From the NCBI GenBank assembly GCA_000934665.2, contig KZ538385.1, forward strand, positions 62,001 to 126,000: DNA of 64,000 nucleotides. Reading direction: 5' to 3'. Positions 27,901-42,083 of this stretch are shown piece after piece. The notes under the pieces are model-generated. The model made no database searches. It saw nothing but the letters and a program-made list of their open reading frames with translations, and had not been told where the DNA came from. A program made the position numbers and the translations under genes. The stretch is from Catajapyx aquilonaris. Lineage: Eukaryota. Numbering within the stretch: the first letter of the stretch is position 1; every line of letters starts with the position of its first letter.

Positions 27901-30900
27901 CCATTATGTAAGATAAATACACTTTCACCTTCCCGAGTGTTGCTATATGGATTGCCAGGGTCAATATGTCCGTTTGGCTTCCTTTTGTGCAAGATATGCA
28001 GAGAGAAGCCTATTATAGGCGGGCGACTGTGTAATGAACTCCCCGGGACAATCGGCGCAATGAAAGCCCATAATTGCAACTATAATTTAGGCTCGCCAAG
28101 CTCTCCCGGCGCATGATTTGTTGGTCGGAGGTCAGCAGTTGTGCCCTCCTTGGCATTCTATTCCGGGGGCTCCACGGTTTTGTTGGTAAAAGGTGTATAG
28201 CCATGTCCCAATTAATCACCCAGGCGCGCGCTCTCTCTCTCTCTCGGCCCAAGCGTTTTCGCAGGCTCTCTCCGGCTTTAATTTCGCAGATATTAATCCG
28301 AAAGGCACTCCAGTAAAGTATTGGATCTAATTACAGCGATACATGTTCCAAAAATATATTATTCTTGCTCGGAGGCCCGCGTTCCTTTTTCTGTTCCGCA
28401 TTTTGTAGGCCTAAGCTATGCGACGGGAAAGTTATTTTAGGGTCCGGAGTCAATGGGAGACTAGAATAATATGTCTGGCGGCAGAATACCAACGCAAGAT
28501 TTTTGCGGTGTCATTTTGCCCCTTTTCGTGGCCCGCCGGTCATGAGCGCTGTGGAGAGCTGCGAAACTCATAATTCATTGCGGCAACTGTGTGTGCAGCC
28601 GCTGTGTGTGTGTTTTTTGGAGAGGGGGGCGTGTTTTAACAGCGGAATAATGGATTCGTAATTAGACTGTGGGCGGCCATTTTTGTAGCCGGGAGAGAAG
28701 GTTCGGGATTGGCCTTTCCAACGGGGGGTGGCCTTGAGGTTCAAGGCCAGTCGTGGGCCAATAGGATGTCACTTGTGAAGGGCGAGTCATCACCTTAACT
28801 CATCAACAACGTGTTTATCATCATACATATCGATAGTCTGTTTCTCTCTCACTGGTTGTGAATAAACAAACATCACTTCCACCTCTTGTTCACTGACCGT
28901 GTACAGTACTTCGTGACGTCATGTGGAAGTATAGCTGCTCCTAGCATATATACACACCCGGGTGTGTAGGTTAATACCGCTGTCTCCTTGTCGGATACCC
29001 GCAGCCGATTGCTTGTGGCAGCGCATAAATGACTAATCATGGCTGCCAAGCGTGCCAGATGAGAATAAATGGACTTTTTTTCCTGCTCAAAAACCTCCCG
29101 AATTTATTTGATTTGGAGCGACATTATATACGGGACGAGAATTCGTTCGGAACCTAATTTTGCGCCTCGCATCTCAGGTGCTTTCCATTTCCATAGTCAG
29201 ACAAGAGCAAAAGGTGAGATTAGACCGCAGTGGCAGGTAACATTTTGAGGTAGGGGGGGGGGGGNGGGAAATGTCGCGTTTATTTTCGTAAATTCAGACG
29301 TTTTTTTCTGCAACCACACATCCTTTAAAAGATGCATGGCCGAAAACTCCTTCCTTGAAAGGTCACACTGTATAATATACAGTTGACTTTCGTTAGATCC
29401 AGTCCGCCTATAAATAAACCAACGCAATTATTCCGGCCCGTTGCATCGGTATACACTTCGGGTCATGCATGCGGTTTAGAAAATGTCTCAAGCCTTTTTT
29501 TCTTCTCCACCTGACCTAATTTATTTATTAGTCTCAACTTTTGCAGAAATCGTTATTTAGCTGTTGCATTCGTTGAAAATAGCTGCTAGTTTGCGTGCTG
29601 GCCGAAAAAAGCCGACCAACTGAACTTTTCCGCGACCATTTGTTTGACCATCACTTATTATATCAATAACCCAACGACAATTATTTTTAACCGGTTCGTA
29701 TAGGTCATAGCCTTTTTTTGGGGCAAAATAGGATCGAGTGGTCCTGTCACTCTCGAGCACTATTTTTCTGGTTTATACCGTACTCTTTTTTTCTCTCTCT
29801 TTCCCCCATGGCCCGGGGATTTGTAAAACCGAGTTGGGGTCCTCTTCAACATTCACTGCTGAGGAAGCAGAAGAAGCACTCTGGCCCGATGGATCAGGTC
29901 CCATTTTTCGGGTAGCCGGGGACAGGGTCACGTGTACTCCCAGAGAGGGAGGCCAATCAGAATCCAGGCAGCCCATTTAGCTTCCACCTCGCCTTCCGCT
30001 CGCCACCAATATTTGTCCTTTCTGCTGAGCGTAATCGAGCGCGACAAAAATTCCCAATGTGCTCGTCCGCTCTCCGGAGTGGCCTCTTGCCAAACATCAA
30101 GCACGGGCATAATGTCAGCTTGGAGGTTGTTTTTTTTTTGTGTGCAAAATTTTTTGGGAGGTTCGCTCACCGCATTATGAAGCTAGATATAAACAAGGAG
30201 GGGTATTTTGCGAATTTTTCGGACAAAAGAGTTTTTAGGCCAGTCCTGCGGAAGGATTAGGAAAGAGACGTTGGTGCATTTAAAGTACGGGTGGGGAATG
30301 AGTTTTTTTTTNGGGGGGGGTACGTGGTGATTGATTTATCTCTTGGTCGCTTGGTTCACGGTTGACCGGACGGGGGAATTATGCGTATGTGCAAGGGACC
30401 AGTCTGGCTTCCAAGTCAGTCACCCTGGATCAGTCCGAACGGTTTGTTCACCTCGTTGGATTTTTAATGGGCGAGGCTGGTTACAGGGAACTAGGAGAAA
30501 ATAATTTAGGCTAAATCCGACCAACATAATTTTGCATAAATCTGATTATATGTTAATTACAGTTTCCTTCTGGAGATAATTAGAAGTTATTGGCTGGTGC
30601 TCGGTCACTGTCAAGCGCCAAGTTCGGCAGCGAATATGTAAACAACTTTATCTTTTGTAATTAAGCCAAACCAGTATCAAACTATGCTCCCTTTTCGTTA
30701 TTCACTCTCGAATGGTCCATTTTTCAGCTCTCAACTCCCTGAAAAAGAACGATAGGGCTAATGTGCATCTGTAGTAGACGAGTCACATTGAATTACGAGC
30801 CACTCTTTTTTTCTGAATGTGACCGTCTTAGCCCCGTGGTGTTTTGCTCGGGGGAAAAAAAGAAGGATAGTGACGGAAGCCTTCTTCGAGAAGACGTTGT

Positions 30901-31931
30901 CGACGAACTGAATTCATGAATAAAAGCCTATCCTCCTTCTATATATACTGCCATATACTATATATATGCCGTATATCTATAGGTGACGGAGGGAGTGATG
31001 GAGGCTCGTTTTCTATTATCCTGGCGCCAGAAATGGGTCAACAAGGGATTGAAGTTGGCATCAAAAGTGCCCTGGGAGTTGTTGAGTTCGGGGGAGTTGT
31101 TTGGTGTGGCGGGGACTTATCGTTAGGATCGAAAAGGGTTGCCAACAAAAGGGGGCAGCTGGAAAATGGGGAGAGAATGCGAGGAAAAGCGAGGGGTGGG
31201 TTTGTGAGAGAGGAGGAGGAGGAGGAGGGGGGGGGGCATCAAGCTGTGACTAAGAAATGGTGCTGGCGCCACCGCAGACGGCTTTTGCCCTCGGGTCATA
31301 ATTGCCATCCGTTGTATAGAAGCAAAAGGAGGGGGGAGGGGGGGGGGCTGCGTATATTTTGGAAGTTATGGAGGGTCTCTATTCAGGGAGTCAGCTCCAC
31401 CTACCCCTCAGTAAATGGGTTTTGAATAATTCAGTCGCAGTCACTATGCTTTGGGGAGGTCATCTGCATGTGTGGATGTGAATGGTAAGGACCAGGTGTA
31501 CTAATCTATTGATCAGATGGCGTATATTGTGTGAAATCACGTGACACGACACCCAAGGCGTCACCTTTGTAATTATAACATCACATGGAACATTTGGAAG
31601 CGATCAGCCAAGGTGCTAATGTTTGTTATACTGAATATCTGCTTCATCTGAGAGGTAAATGGTTTGTGCTCACCTGAAGGAGAAAGTTAGGGTTATCTGC
31701 GCGGGTAGATTAGCTATAAAAAGAATGATTTAAGAGTTCGGCGCGAATATACCGATTTGGATCCGGATTGCTTTTGACGTCAGACCCTGGTGGGCAGTGC
31801 CATTTTTTTTAAAACTTGAGAGTGATCTTTATCGTGACGTAACGTGTATACTTCGGGTGGATTGGTGTTCGGTAAACACGCTCTCTAGCGCAATTTATGG
31901 GAGTGGAAACGCGGACTATTATGTTGATGTG

Positions 31932-32055
31932 AAAGAACGATCTGACGTCACACCAGCCATGTTTTCTGAGCATGCGCAGTAGTATGCTTACAGAGCCATT
32001 CGGGGATCGTGATTGGAGGGAAGATCCGGGTAGACGTGACGTCAGAGCGTTCTTT
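31932..32055. mobile_element. ~125-bp inverted-repeat element (MITE-like)
   Basis: AAAGAACGATCTGACGTCAC (31932-31951) pairs with GTGACGTCAGAGCGTTCTTT (32036-32055) at 19/20; interior contains GAGCATGCGCAGT. Confidence 0.55.
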
Positions 32056-32602
32056 GGCTGTGTACTCGAGCCCTGTCATTGAGCGGTCATCTTTATTACT
32101 CTGTGCCGCCTTGCAAGGATGTGTATGATGTGCTACCTGCAATTTTGTGTACAAATAAGTATTTCCGTCTTTGACTTCAAATCTGGCCGATTACATTTGA
32201 GCAAAAAATGATGACAGCCACCCCCTACCCCATCACCCCCAATTTTCACCATCAACGTGGTGGCACCGATTTCAAACCCCTGTCCTCTCCATTTCAGGTC
32301 GCGCTAAGCTGGCGGCCGTGCGTCAACTCCGAGGTAAGCCATCGTAAACTAATTACTCGTCGGGCTCACCCCCGAAACGTCAGTACGTCGTCTCTATTTT
32401 ATAAAACCGCACTATCAGCCAGATATGTTGTGGTGCCATGGAACTATAGTCGTGGCCTATGGTGGTGGTGGGTTTTACTATAGAGAGCGGGGTGGGGCTT
32501 GCGCGGTAGCCCCAATGAGAGCCTGTAGAGATGCGCTAGGGTTCAGTGCGTGACTTGTCCTCAGGTTTGGATGGTGTGCCTCTCTCTTGCTACCTGCAAG
32601 AA

Positions 32603-32605
<3 letters not shown>

Positions 32606-32638
<33 letters not shown>
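32606..32638. repeat. (TA)n microsatellite
   Basis: About 16 TA units. Confidence 0.95.
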
Positions 32639-32641
<3 letters not shown>

Positions 32642-35600
32642 AAGGTAAGAGGACTTGGGAGGAAAATGATTTTATTGCTGGGTGCAATTTATGCCGTAAG
32701 TTATGGCTCCGGGGAGTAGGCTTCGGAGTGGAGCTGCATGTAATTTATTTCGCGTTTACTCTGCGGAGCTATAAATGTCCGCTGGTTATCGTTCCCGTTT
32801 GAGAAAAGAGAGCTCGGGTCTCTTTTCAGCCGGATAATGTTTCGGTTCTGCTGGTGCCGGCCGATTAAACGGCGGCCGGATTATTCACAAAAATTGGAAT
32901 GCTCCGGAGATTTTTTTTAAGGGTGCAAAAAAAATGTATTTGGCGGGAGTTTTGCGACCAGTTGAGCGAATCGCTTCAACACGTGGCGGGGGGCGAACAA
33001 CAACCCAGGAAATAGCTTATCCGGAGTCGTGAGATCATGACTCCTAACAGTTTTTTTTTCTTCTCCTTTTCCTTTGGGTTTTATAGTTTTCCGGTTTAAA
33101 GATGGCCTGAAACTTTAAAGCCGCGCGCTTTAATTGGAAGCTGGCTGGAAAAGTGCTCAGATTCTGGCAAGTCTGTCGATAAAATGTTAAAAGCGAACCT
33201 TTTTTTTTGCGAGGGTGTGTCTGTGTATGTGCTTCTGCTGGTATGGGCGATGTCGAACGTTGGCAACATGGAAAGGCCATTTGGGTCGGTTAGCATGAAA
33301 GACTGGCAAATGCACCGGCTAATTTTTGTAAGTGGCGATGCTTTTTCAAGAGCCGTCCTTTAGGAAGTTGAAAGTGCGCTGGTATCATTAAGGCGCGATT
33401 TTTTGAGCAAAATTCTCAGAAATTGTCGAAAAGGAATGAGAGGCTTCAGCAGCTTCAGTCAAGAGGTGGCAGCACCTTGGAACGGACAGTCAGTGGCCTG
33501 GTAATTATGGTCTGCCATGGGTTGAAATGACGGAAACATGACAAGAGGTTACTCATTAACGTGTTGCGGCGGTGCTGGTGGGGACACTTGTTCGTCTCGC
33601 ATCCAGAGATGCGCAATATTGCTGCCACTACAGGTTGATGACAAGTACTTTGGGGCCTACCAGGGCGTGGGAAATTGTGGTGACATCTTGCGGATGTGTC
33701 TGGAGAATCACAGACTAAAATTACAATTCAGCCACATTTTCCTTCTAAACAAGATTGAGAAGCTCCTTTTTGCATGTGAATGGGACGTGAAGATGTGTCA
33801 TTTATTATAGCCAGAAACAAACGTACATGGTCGTCAGAATGTTAAGGGATGGCAATCCTTTGTCAGGACGTGTGATGGCAGCACCTGGGCACCCTAGTTA
33901 AGGATGTTTAATGACCCCTCTTTGGCCATGCGTGAGAATAGCAAGTATGCATCAACCCATGTGATGCCTTTGCCACGAGAAAGATTAATGTTCTGAAGGT
34001 GTGTGTGTGTGTGGGCTGGAGTGGGGGAAGTCGGATATGAACAGACGACTTCCTGTCGCAGGCGAAAAACTTTGAAAGATTCCAGAGTGGGAAAAAAAGG
34101 CGTCCCAGAAGAGTAGGGGGAGGTGCCGAAAAATTTTGTCACTGAAAAAGTTTCCGGCGGTTGAAAAATGGCCGCGTGACCTGGGGTGTACATTATCCAA
34201 GTTGTGCCTAGGATTTTTTCCCCCCTTTTCTTTCTTCTCTTTCTTCCTTCCCTCAATTGCAGACTATTGAGCAGCAGGAACTTGGAGAACATTTGTTACA
34301 TTTTTAGCACGCAAAAAATAGCTGTTAGGCGACTAAATTGGCAACAAAGTTTTGGTGTGAGCGACCTGTTTGTTTATACTCCTGCAACCCAGACAATGCT
34401 GCCCGGTTTACACTGATGTGAATAATTTGGTCGGAATTTGAAAAATTGAAACCCTGGCCATTGTAATCGAGGACGACTACAAAGTCTCTGCCTAAATTAA
34501 TTAAACGACCCGACCAATATGCCTCCCCCCCCCCCTCCCCATCCCTCTGGCTGCTTTTATCGAGAATTTCCAATGGCCGGCATTAACCGAATAAATTGGT
34601 CGCTCAAAGGTCCATCCCTGTAATGAGGCACTTTGTTAATTAATTCCGCCTAGATGACTCATCACCAAGCATTCAGATATAACTACAGTCTTCGCAAAAC
34701 TATTCCTCCCAAAAATAACAGTTGATTTATACCGGCTTTATCTACCGGTTGAGACAGCCAGTGTGGCAAACTAGCATTATTTATGGCGCTAATAGACTCA
34801 GATTGCGAATTAATTACTTACATGACAAATAGGCGGCGCTGTATAGTGGAAGCAACTCCAGGAGAAATTCCCGAGGAGATTCGGAGTCAGAAATGGCCAG
34901 GCTCGTTAGGTTTAATTCGCAAAGTAAGTTGGGCTCCCCAAGATGAATGCTGTAGTTGCGGTTCCAGACGCCTGGCGACGCCACAAGACCACCCTAAATG
35001 CGAGGCTTAGGGTTCCGGAGACTTGGTCTCGAAAAGGTTTTTCCTGAAAAGTTAGGGGGGAGGTAGAAGCGATTCCTGTCTAAGTGAATCGCATTAGCAT
35101 TCATGGTTCTGAATTGGCGTCGGCGCACATAATCGGGCCTGCTGAATAGCGTTTTTTTTCTACCACCAGCACGCTTCTTCGCTTTTGCCTGCTCTTTTTT
35201 TATTAGGTTTTAAAGAGAGCAATATCACATGGGTGCTCTCCGATCCTGTCCCATGAAAAGCTGCGTTAAGTATTTTTTATATGTGCCACCTGGTTGAATA
35301 ATAGATTATAAGGACGGTTACATTTTTAAAGGGAAATATTACATTGTGTTTAATTTTTACAGCCGATTGTACCCGTTACATTGTAAGAGCGCCATAATGC
35401 GGATATTCCAGTGAAGCTACTACTATGTAGATGGCAGTGCTGGCAGTGGCGCATGCGTGTTTTCACTGGTAGATCTTGATGTGTACGTGGGCAGGCAAGA
35501 CCATCAATCGTCCTTTTTTCAGCCCCATTGTTGGTGATGTAGGATAGTGAATCGCCCTGTATTTCAATTAGAAATTAAGTAAACATTTTAATTAGCCTCT

Positions 35601-37149
35601 CGACTGAATTACGAAATGGTTACGTATGTACCGGCATCTTGCCCAATTCGTGGCGTAGTTTCTCTAATCAAAAAGCATTGAACATTTCCGTTGGTTTCTG
35701 ATAGCGATATTTCCCCACGTCCAATAATGTGTCATGTAGGAAATTCAGCTATAGGCTTATTACACGCACACAGTCGCATGAAACAGGATGAATCATCTGA
35801 TTTTGCTCGACCCCTTACTCCATGAGGTCCCCCCCTATAGATAACCCAATTTTTTAGGTTACGATTGATATTTTGTTCCGTGTTCGAGAGAGATTACCAG
35901 TTTTTCGATCGGAGCCGTGAATCAACAGGAAATTACGTATTTCCGGCACGAAGTCATCTGCCGGTCATTTGGAAACGGGGTCATATTTTGGATGGCACGT
36001 GTCAATTATGAGTCGCAATTTGACATTCCGCGGAAAGGGGAAGCAAATGTGGTTGTAAAGAGTGACTCCTTACAACCACATTTGCTTGCCCTTGATAAGC
36101 TCCATACCTCACGTCTAACTTTAAACATCGCTTTATCTCCTCTCCGGCGCGAAAATTATCCTCCAGCAGTCAGCCAGAGCTCCCAACACATTATTCACAA
36201 CGTATAAGAAAATGTTAATTACCACCACCTTTTCCCTACCTCCCCCACCCACCCTCATCCGATAATGGCGTTCGCCTAATTGGGAACCGCCGACTAATTT
36301 ATCCGCCGGATCTGCGCTGACACTTACGAAAAAAAAAGACAATTGTCCATTGCGTTAAGCCGTTCTAGATGGGGCGTGTTTCATGTGCGTGTGTTTTTTT
36401 ATGTTGATGGGTGATAGAAGGGACGTCCAATAAATCTTGGCCCATCGGCAGCAGCTGGACCGTGCTCAGCGATACGCAGATAAAATAACGGCAACAGTCA
36501 GATCTAGCTGTCGATTAAATAGCTGATGGGACTCTGCATTGGATGGGTCGTTTAACTATATCTTTGAACCATCAGCACAGGAAGTGTGGCGGATGTTAAC
36601 CAGCAGTCAACCAAGGAAGTTGGAGAAAGCCAAAAGGCGATAAATTGTTATCAATATGTATATAAACATTTGAACAAGTAGGCGCTATATACTGTATGAT
36701 TGGCACGAATGCGCAAAGACCAGCTTTAGCGTTACTGTTCACGTTCGTTTCATCGTTTGTGCGGAGGAATTAATTAGAAAATTGCGGGGTTAATTTTTTA
36801 AAAATGGCAGAAGCATTATGCTGTCACAAAGAGTGAAGCTCGACGTCGTCATTCGGCGTAAAATTAAGCGGCTTAATTTCTACTAAAGAAGCTTGCGGAA
36901 TTTCTTGGGGTACAAGCACGCATAAGCTGTAATTATGATTGCTGCGGTTGAGTGAGCGCAGGGAACCGTGAAAAGATGACGATATTCCTTCCCTTTCCAA
37001 CTCGAGATGAAAATGCAATGTTGCTGAGGTTATTGTAGAGTTGGTAGACGATTTACCTTCTAATCAAGTCCCCCGGCAATAACGAGATGCGAGATAATTT
37101 CCTCATTAGTCTCAGGCAACTCTGAAGGAAAGAATCGAGCTTTTTACGC

Positions 37150-37450
37150 GACTGGTTGAAAGATCACGACTGAGGGGCGCTAATTGGTGCGTGCGCAGCT
37201 TCAGCAGTTTTGATTGGCTGAAGGCTTTGATAGTGATGCCCGCGCATCTTATGAGAGGATCGTTATTAGCTAAAATGCAGTGGTTGCGTCAAGAACGCTC
37301 TGCTATTGGCTAAAGCGGGCTAAAGGCTGTGATAGTGATGCGCGCGCAGCTTACAAAGCGGATCGCTTATTGGCTGAAAGGCTGTTACGTCAAGAACGCG
37401 CTGCTATTGGCTAAAAACTGATGTGCGCGTAGTATTGGTTGAAAGACCTC
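37150..37450 (+). repeat. Degenerate ~100-bp tandem duplication rich in ATTGGCT motifs
   Basis: GGCT(T/G)TGATAGTGATGC..GCGCA..TTA and CGTCAAGAACGC.CTGCTATTGGCTAAA each occur twice; GGTTGAAAGA at both ends. Confidence 0.7.
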
Positions 37451-38867
37451 TCTCTGACTACCCGCGATTTGAGTATCGGCCTTGGACCGAAGCGATTTCT
37501 GAAACGAAGTCGGGCCGTCGTCACACCTGGCGACATTCCCCAGCAAAGCGAAGCCCGGTCGTCGCGAGTTCATTAATTTTCATCACTAAAAGCAAATTCA
37601 GCGCAATAACTCGGGCTCTCAAAGTTTGCGGGCATGCAAATGGCAGCGAGGTTCGGGCCTGTAGTTGAAAATACGGTAGCGTAATAAGGAGATGGGGGTG
37701 TGGGAGAAGGTTAATAGGACCTATCAAAGTGCTAGCAGGGGGTAAGGTGGGGGGGGGGGGGGCNGGGGCGCCTCCTTTAATAGCAAGCACCGGTTTTATA
37801 CGTCTGGCGGGGATCGACAGGTTCAGTTTGTAATTAGAGACGAGCGACCGGATGGCGGAAATAGGGCCGGATTTTGCGACCATTTAACCCAGTCGTATTT
37901 TCCCGGGCCATTTGTTTGTAGGAATGTAAGGCTTGGTCGGACCTAGTTTAGTGCCGGCTCCTTGACGCTACGATGTGGGAATTACCTTTGACTGCAGTGT
38001 AATTATATTTGTCTGCATCGCTGCAGGTTTTGGGGGGGCCTGCAAGCGGACATGCTATGTGTGTGTGTTGGGAGAGTAAACATTTGGGGGCCCCAAAGAT
38101 TTCCATAATAGTCAGGTGAGGCGTTCGGGTGTAAATCATTGTCAAGTGACGTGCGGTACGGTCTGCGATAATGGAGCTGAAAGTTTAATTGAGCGAACAC
38201 AGGGCTGGGCGTACAATATGTGCGATTTGTTTATCGCCCGGAATGAATTATGGAGTATATGGGGAACAACCTGCCCCCTGTAGCGGGCACGACGGAAGTG
38301 CCCAAGAGCTAATTTTCTTTTCGGAGTGTACAGTGCTGCGTGTGTCGAGAGACTGATTTTAGCATAAGGGCGTCAAAGGGTGAGTCCAATTTGAATATTT
38401 TTCATGAGACTTGACTCGTTGATATCTAGGCTACATGGGCTGTCGTTGCGGTCGTTGGACGAAGGAGGTCTATGGTGGGGGGCTGATCCATTTTGTGCCT
38501 ATTTTGTCCTGAAGTTCTTGAAGGACCTCCTGATGTGTCTGTGAAGAATCTCATCTGAAAAGTGCGTACCAGACCAAACGCATAACTCAACCCACCTTAT
38601 TTCTGGATGAAATATCTGCTCCGGACATATGGGATATAAGCCGATTTCTTTTTCCTTTTTTTTTTCCTCTGAATAAACCCGATTGACTTTTTGAACCAAT
38701 CTATTTGCCAGAGTGGATTTCCCATTTTGCAAAGTTTCTGGGATTTGTATCGAATCCCTCGAGATATAGATTTTTGTTGCGGGTTATGCCCCGCTCACTG
38801 TATGTGCTTTCAGCAAAGCCAATGTCGTATATCACAAGGCAAAGTTTGCCTCGCGCGACGTTGTGTG

Positions 38868-38941
38868 TACAGGGTGGTGCACTGCTCTTTAGCTTTTATA
38901 AGTCTGAATATGACTGGACTCGAGCAATGCACCACCCTGTT
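38868..38941. mobile_element. ~70-bp Tc1/mariner-type mini-MITE
   Basis: ACAGGGTGGTGCACTGCTC (38869-38887) pairs with 38922-38940 at 18/19; left end TA|CAGGGTG. Confidence 0.55.
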
Positions 38942-41900
38942 ATGATGCAAGGCACCCTGCTGCTGCTTATACTCTGACGTGACCCTGCACTATTAATTAT
39001 TTATAATGATGCTTATATCAACGCTCGTTAGACGTACGCGGCAAACTTCCCGTGCTTGCAAGGCACGCGCTCCTTGTAACGTCCTTTTATTACGTCCAAT
39101 TACACCAGGGGTGATTTACACGCTCGGTCAACTTGCTGCCCCGCACCTGCGAAAAGTATATGGTGTTGCCAGATGTGAGGTATGTACAGTCGCAGGTCAT
39201 GTCCCCCAGGCCCACGGGGTGTTAAAAGGGATGACATAAGCGCAGGAAACTCCGGCATTTATCAGGCATCTCACGCAGCTGCACCTAACCGCCGAACATC
39301 ACCGACGTCACCAGAGGAACGGAGAAGGGGGGGGGGGGGGGNGGGGGGGGGGGGGACCAACAAACATGGCTTTTGGGTACCCCCCCGCCCTGTCGACGAA
39401 GATATTCCCCAGGCAAATAATAAGCAGATTATGCAGCCTCGCATTGCGAAGGGAGATATAGCCTACCTAGATTTTGGCGGGGTTAACTTGGTACTGTACT
39501 GTACATACGGAGGATGATATTGAGCCCCATATTGCAGGGAGTTAAGACAGCTGAGTAATAATAATGCATCAAGTCCAAGTTTTTGTGTTGAGCTGAATAC
39601 CTACAACGTTGTGGACTACTTTTGCAGGTATTTCGCAGCTGATACCTTACCTAAGTTATGCACGACTTCATCAGCTCCTGGAATATTTCGAGGACAGCGC
39701 CTGCCAGTCCCAAAAATTGCCAAAATGCTGACTCCTTCCCCCTTCAAGTTGTCCGCAAAGTTTAGATGTGACCCGAATTTTTATGATGCTCCAAACTTTT
39801 TTTTCGCTCTCTGACTCTCTCTCTTCAAACTGACAGGCTGAAAAATTTGGGTCACTGGGAAAAAGTACTCGCCAAGTTTGTCCATTTCATTCATTAGCGG
39901 CTCATAAGGTTGACCCGGTTGACCTCTAGGGGTTAGTGTGATTGCCTAAACCGCATGACCCCTGGGTGATAACCAGAGAGTGACAGCCAACTGGACATTG
40001 AAGGGGGGGTGTCTCCAACATTGATCGGGGAGGGATTAAGCCCCGGTTGCCATTCATCAACCTCCGATATTGACACATGCTCCGATACACGTCCTGATGG
40101 AAATGAAAAGACGTAAAAATAAAAAAGTAATGGCTCATTTCGACCACCATTCCTTTTTTTGTTTGCAAGTTGCGTTCATATATAGGAAAACCACTCGGAG
40201 ATGAAATTAGCGGAGCTGCTGACCTGCGACGTATCTGCATTTCAAAGTTGGGAGGCGTCTGGAAAGCAACCGCTGCGACGAAAAGTCAACGTGTTCGGAA
40301 TGTGACAAAAAAGGTGGGATGAAAATGGAAGAACCGGATGAAAAAGAAAGAGAAAAAAAAGAAGTTAGGAGGCCACGAGCAGCGTGTGAAATCAGAGATG
40401 GTGGGTGCCAAGGGGTGCCAAATCTCTCAATCCGGCATGTATATAGGGAAGCGAGATAGGAATCCGGGGGAACCGGAGGCGTCTCTAGGGAACGTGAGCC
40501 GAATCTCCAACCATGTTTTCCACATCATCTCTGCGACAGACGCGCTTTTTTACCAATCTCGAGCTGACCACTGATGGAGTTGACCCGTAGGATTTATTTA
40601 TGTATGTATTTATTTCGAGAGCCGGCATCTGTCGCCTCCGGATGGTTGGCCCCCAGGCGACCTGACTCGTGATTGGGAAGATCAGAATTGGCAATATCAA
40701 CTGAAAGTGTGACCCAGCCGAGTCTAAAATATTGAGTGAAAATGACAAGTTGCGAGAATAATAATTTTTAAAACACAAGCAAATCACCCGAGAGTGATTC
40801 GAGTGGACTTTTTCTCGTTGCCAAGGATATTCAAATATGACAACAATGGCATGTAATGTCTCATTTCCGGTTACCCATTAATCCGTAGGACACCAGCTTG
40901 GCGGATAGAGTGTGGCCGGTCACCGGAAGTTGACCATGCCACCAATTTTGGTCATGCAGGCTGAATCCGAATCAGAAAACCGTTTGTCGCTATCTCGTGC
41001 TGTTTAGGTCCTAATACCTACCCACGGACTGACGGACGAGGAACCTTTCTCTGACTTTTTTTCGATGAGAAAATTCATTAAATTATTTAAAATATTGCAG
41101 GGTGTACTTTTCTATGCTACGAGCCAATAGGTCAATCTTCCTGCCCGTTATTTTAATGAGGGATTAACACACATGTGATCCTAGAAACTTCGTATGTATT
41201 GAATTGGGCATAATATTAATGGGAGTAATTTTTCACCGTTTATTTTTGCAAATGAAAATTAATAGTGACAGTTAATGGTAACGGTATTTTCCGAGCATAG
41301 GCCTTATAATAGCGCTGCCAGGATGGTTTACTAGCCGGGATTAAGTTGCTCTCTTTATTATTTTTATTGCTTTTTTGGACCACCTGATGAGCCTAGACTG
41401 CAGATCGCAGGCTGAGCAACTCAGTCTTACAAGCCAATAAAGGGCTTTGCCGAGAAAGAAAAGGGGCTCCACAGGCTGCAAGTGCTGCTATTACATGAAT
41501 CTTGTGCTAGTTCAAACGGATATTCATTGGTCTTCACGTACCGGTACTGTACTTTAACGACTGTCATTTTTAAAAATCCGTCTGAATTTATTATAGCCGC
41601 GGATTTAACGTGTTAATTTTTATAGCTGGCGTGTAACGCATTGGTTAATTGGTTTTGAACCTATCTGTGCGTGGATAATTATATAACAGGCCGGCCTATT
41701 ATGGTGGTTGATGACCACGCATTCTTTAGTAGCATACAGTAATACTTGCAGCGTCACAAATAGTGAATATGCTCAACATAGCGTGACAAATATGACCTGA
41801 TTCGAATACACTTAAAACGGCGTGTAACACGAGTTATTCCAACCGAATTATCCGCATTAGTTTCCCAAATTTTGACCCTTTAAGCTGCTTATTGTTAAGG

Positions 41901-42083
41901 CGTTACTGGAGCATGGGCTGGTATGAGCATGTTTTTTTTGTACGAGTACATTAACTCACTAATTCATATTTTCACTTGAAATAACACATTTTGAGTTAAA
42001 AGATTATCCCAACTGTCGCATTTCTGCAAATTCTCCTGGCAGTTTTTCCACTAGGTGTGCAAATCATTTTTAATCAAATGGAC

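Noticed and set aside
30916..31425. 169-aa G/E-rich ORF
   Set aside because: Arises from purine-rich low-complexity DNA and poly-G.
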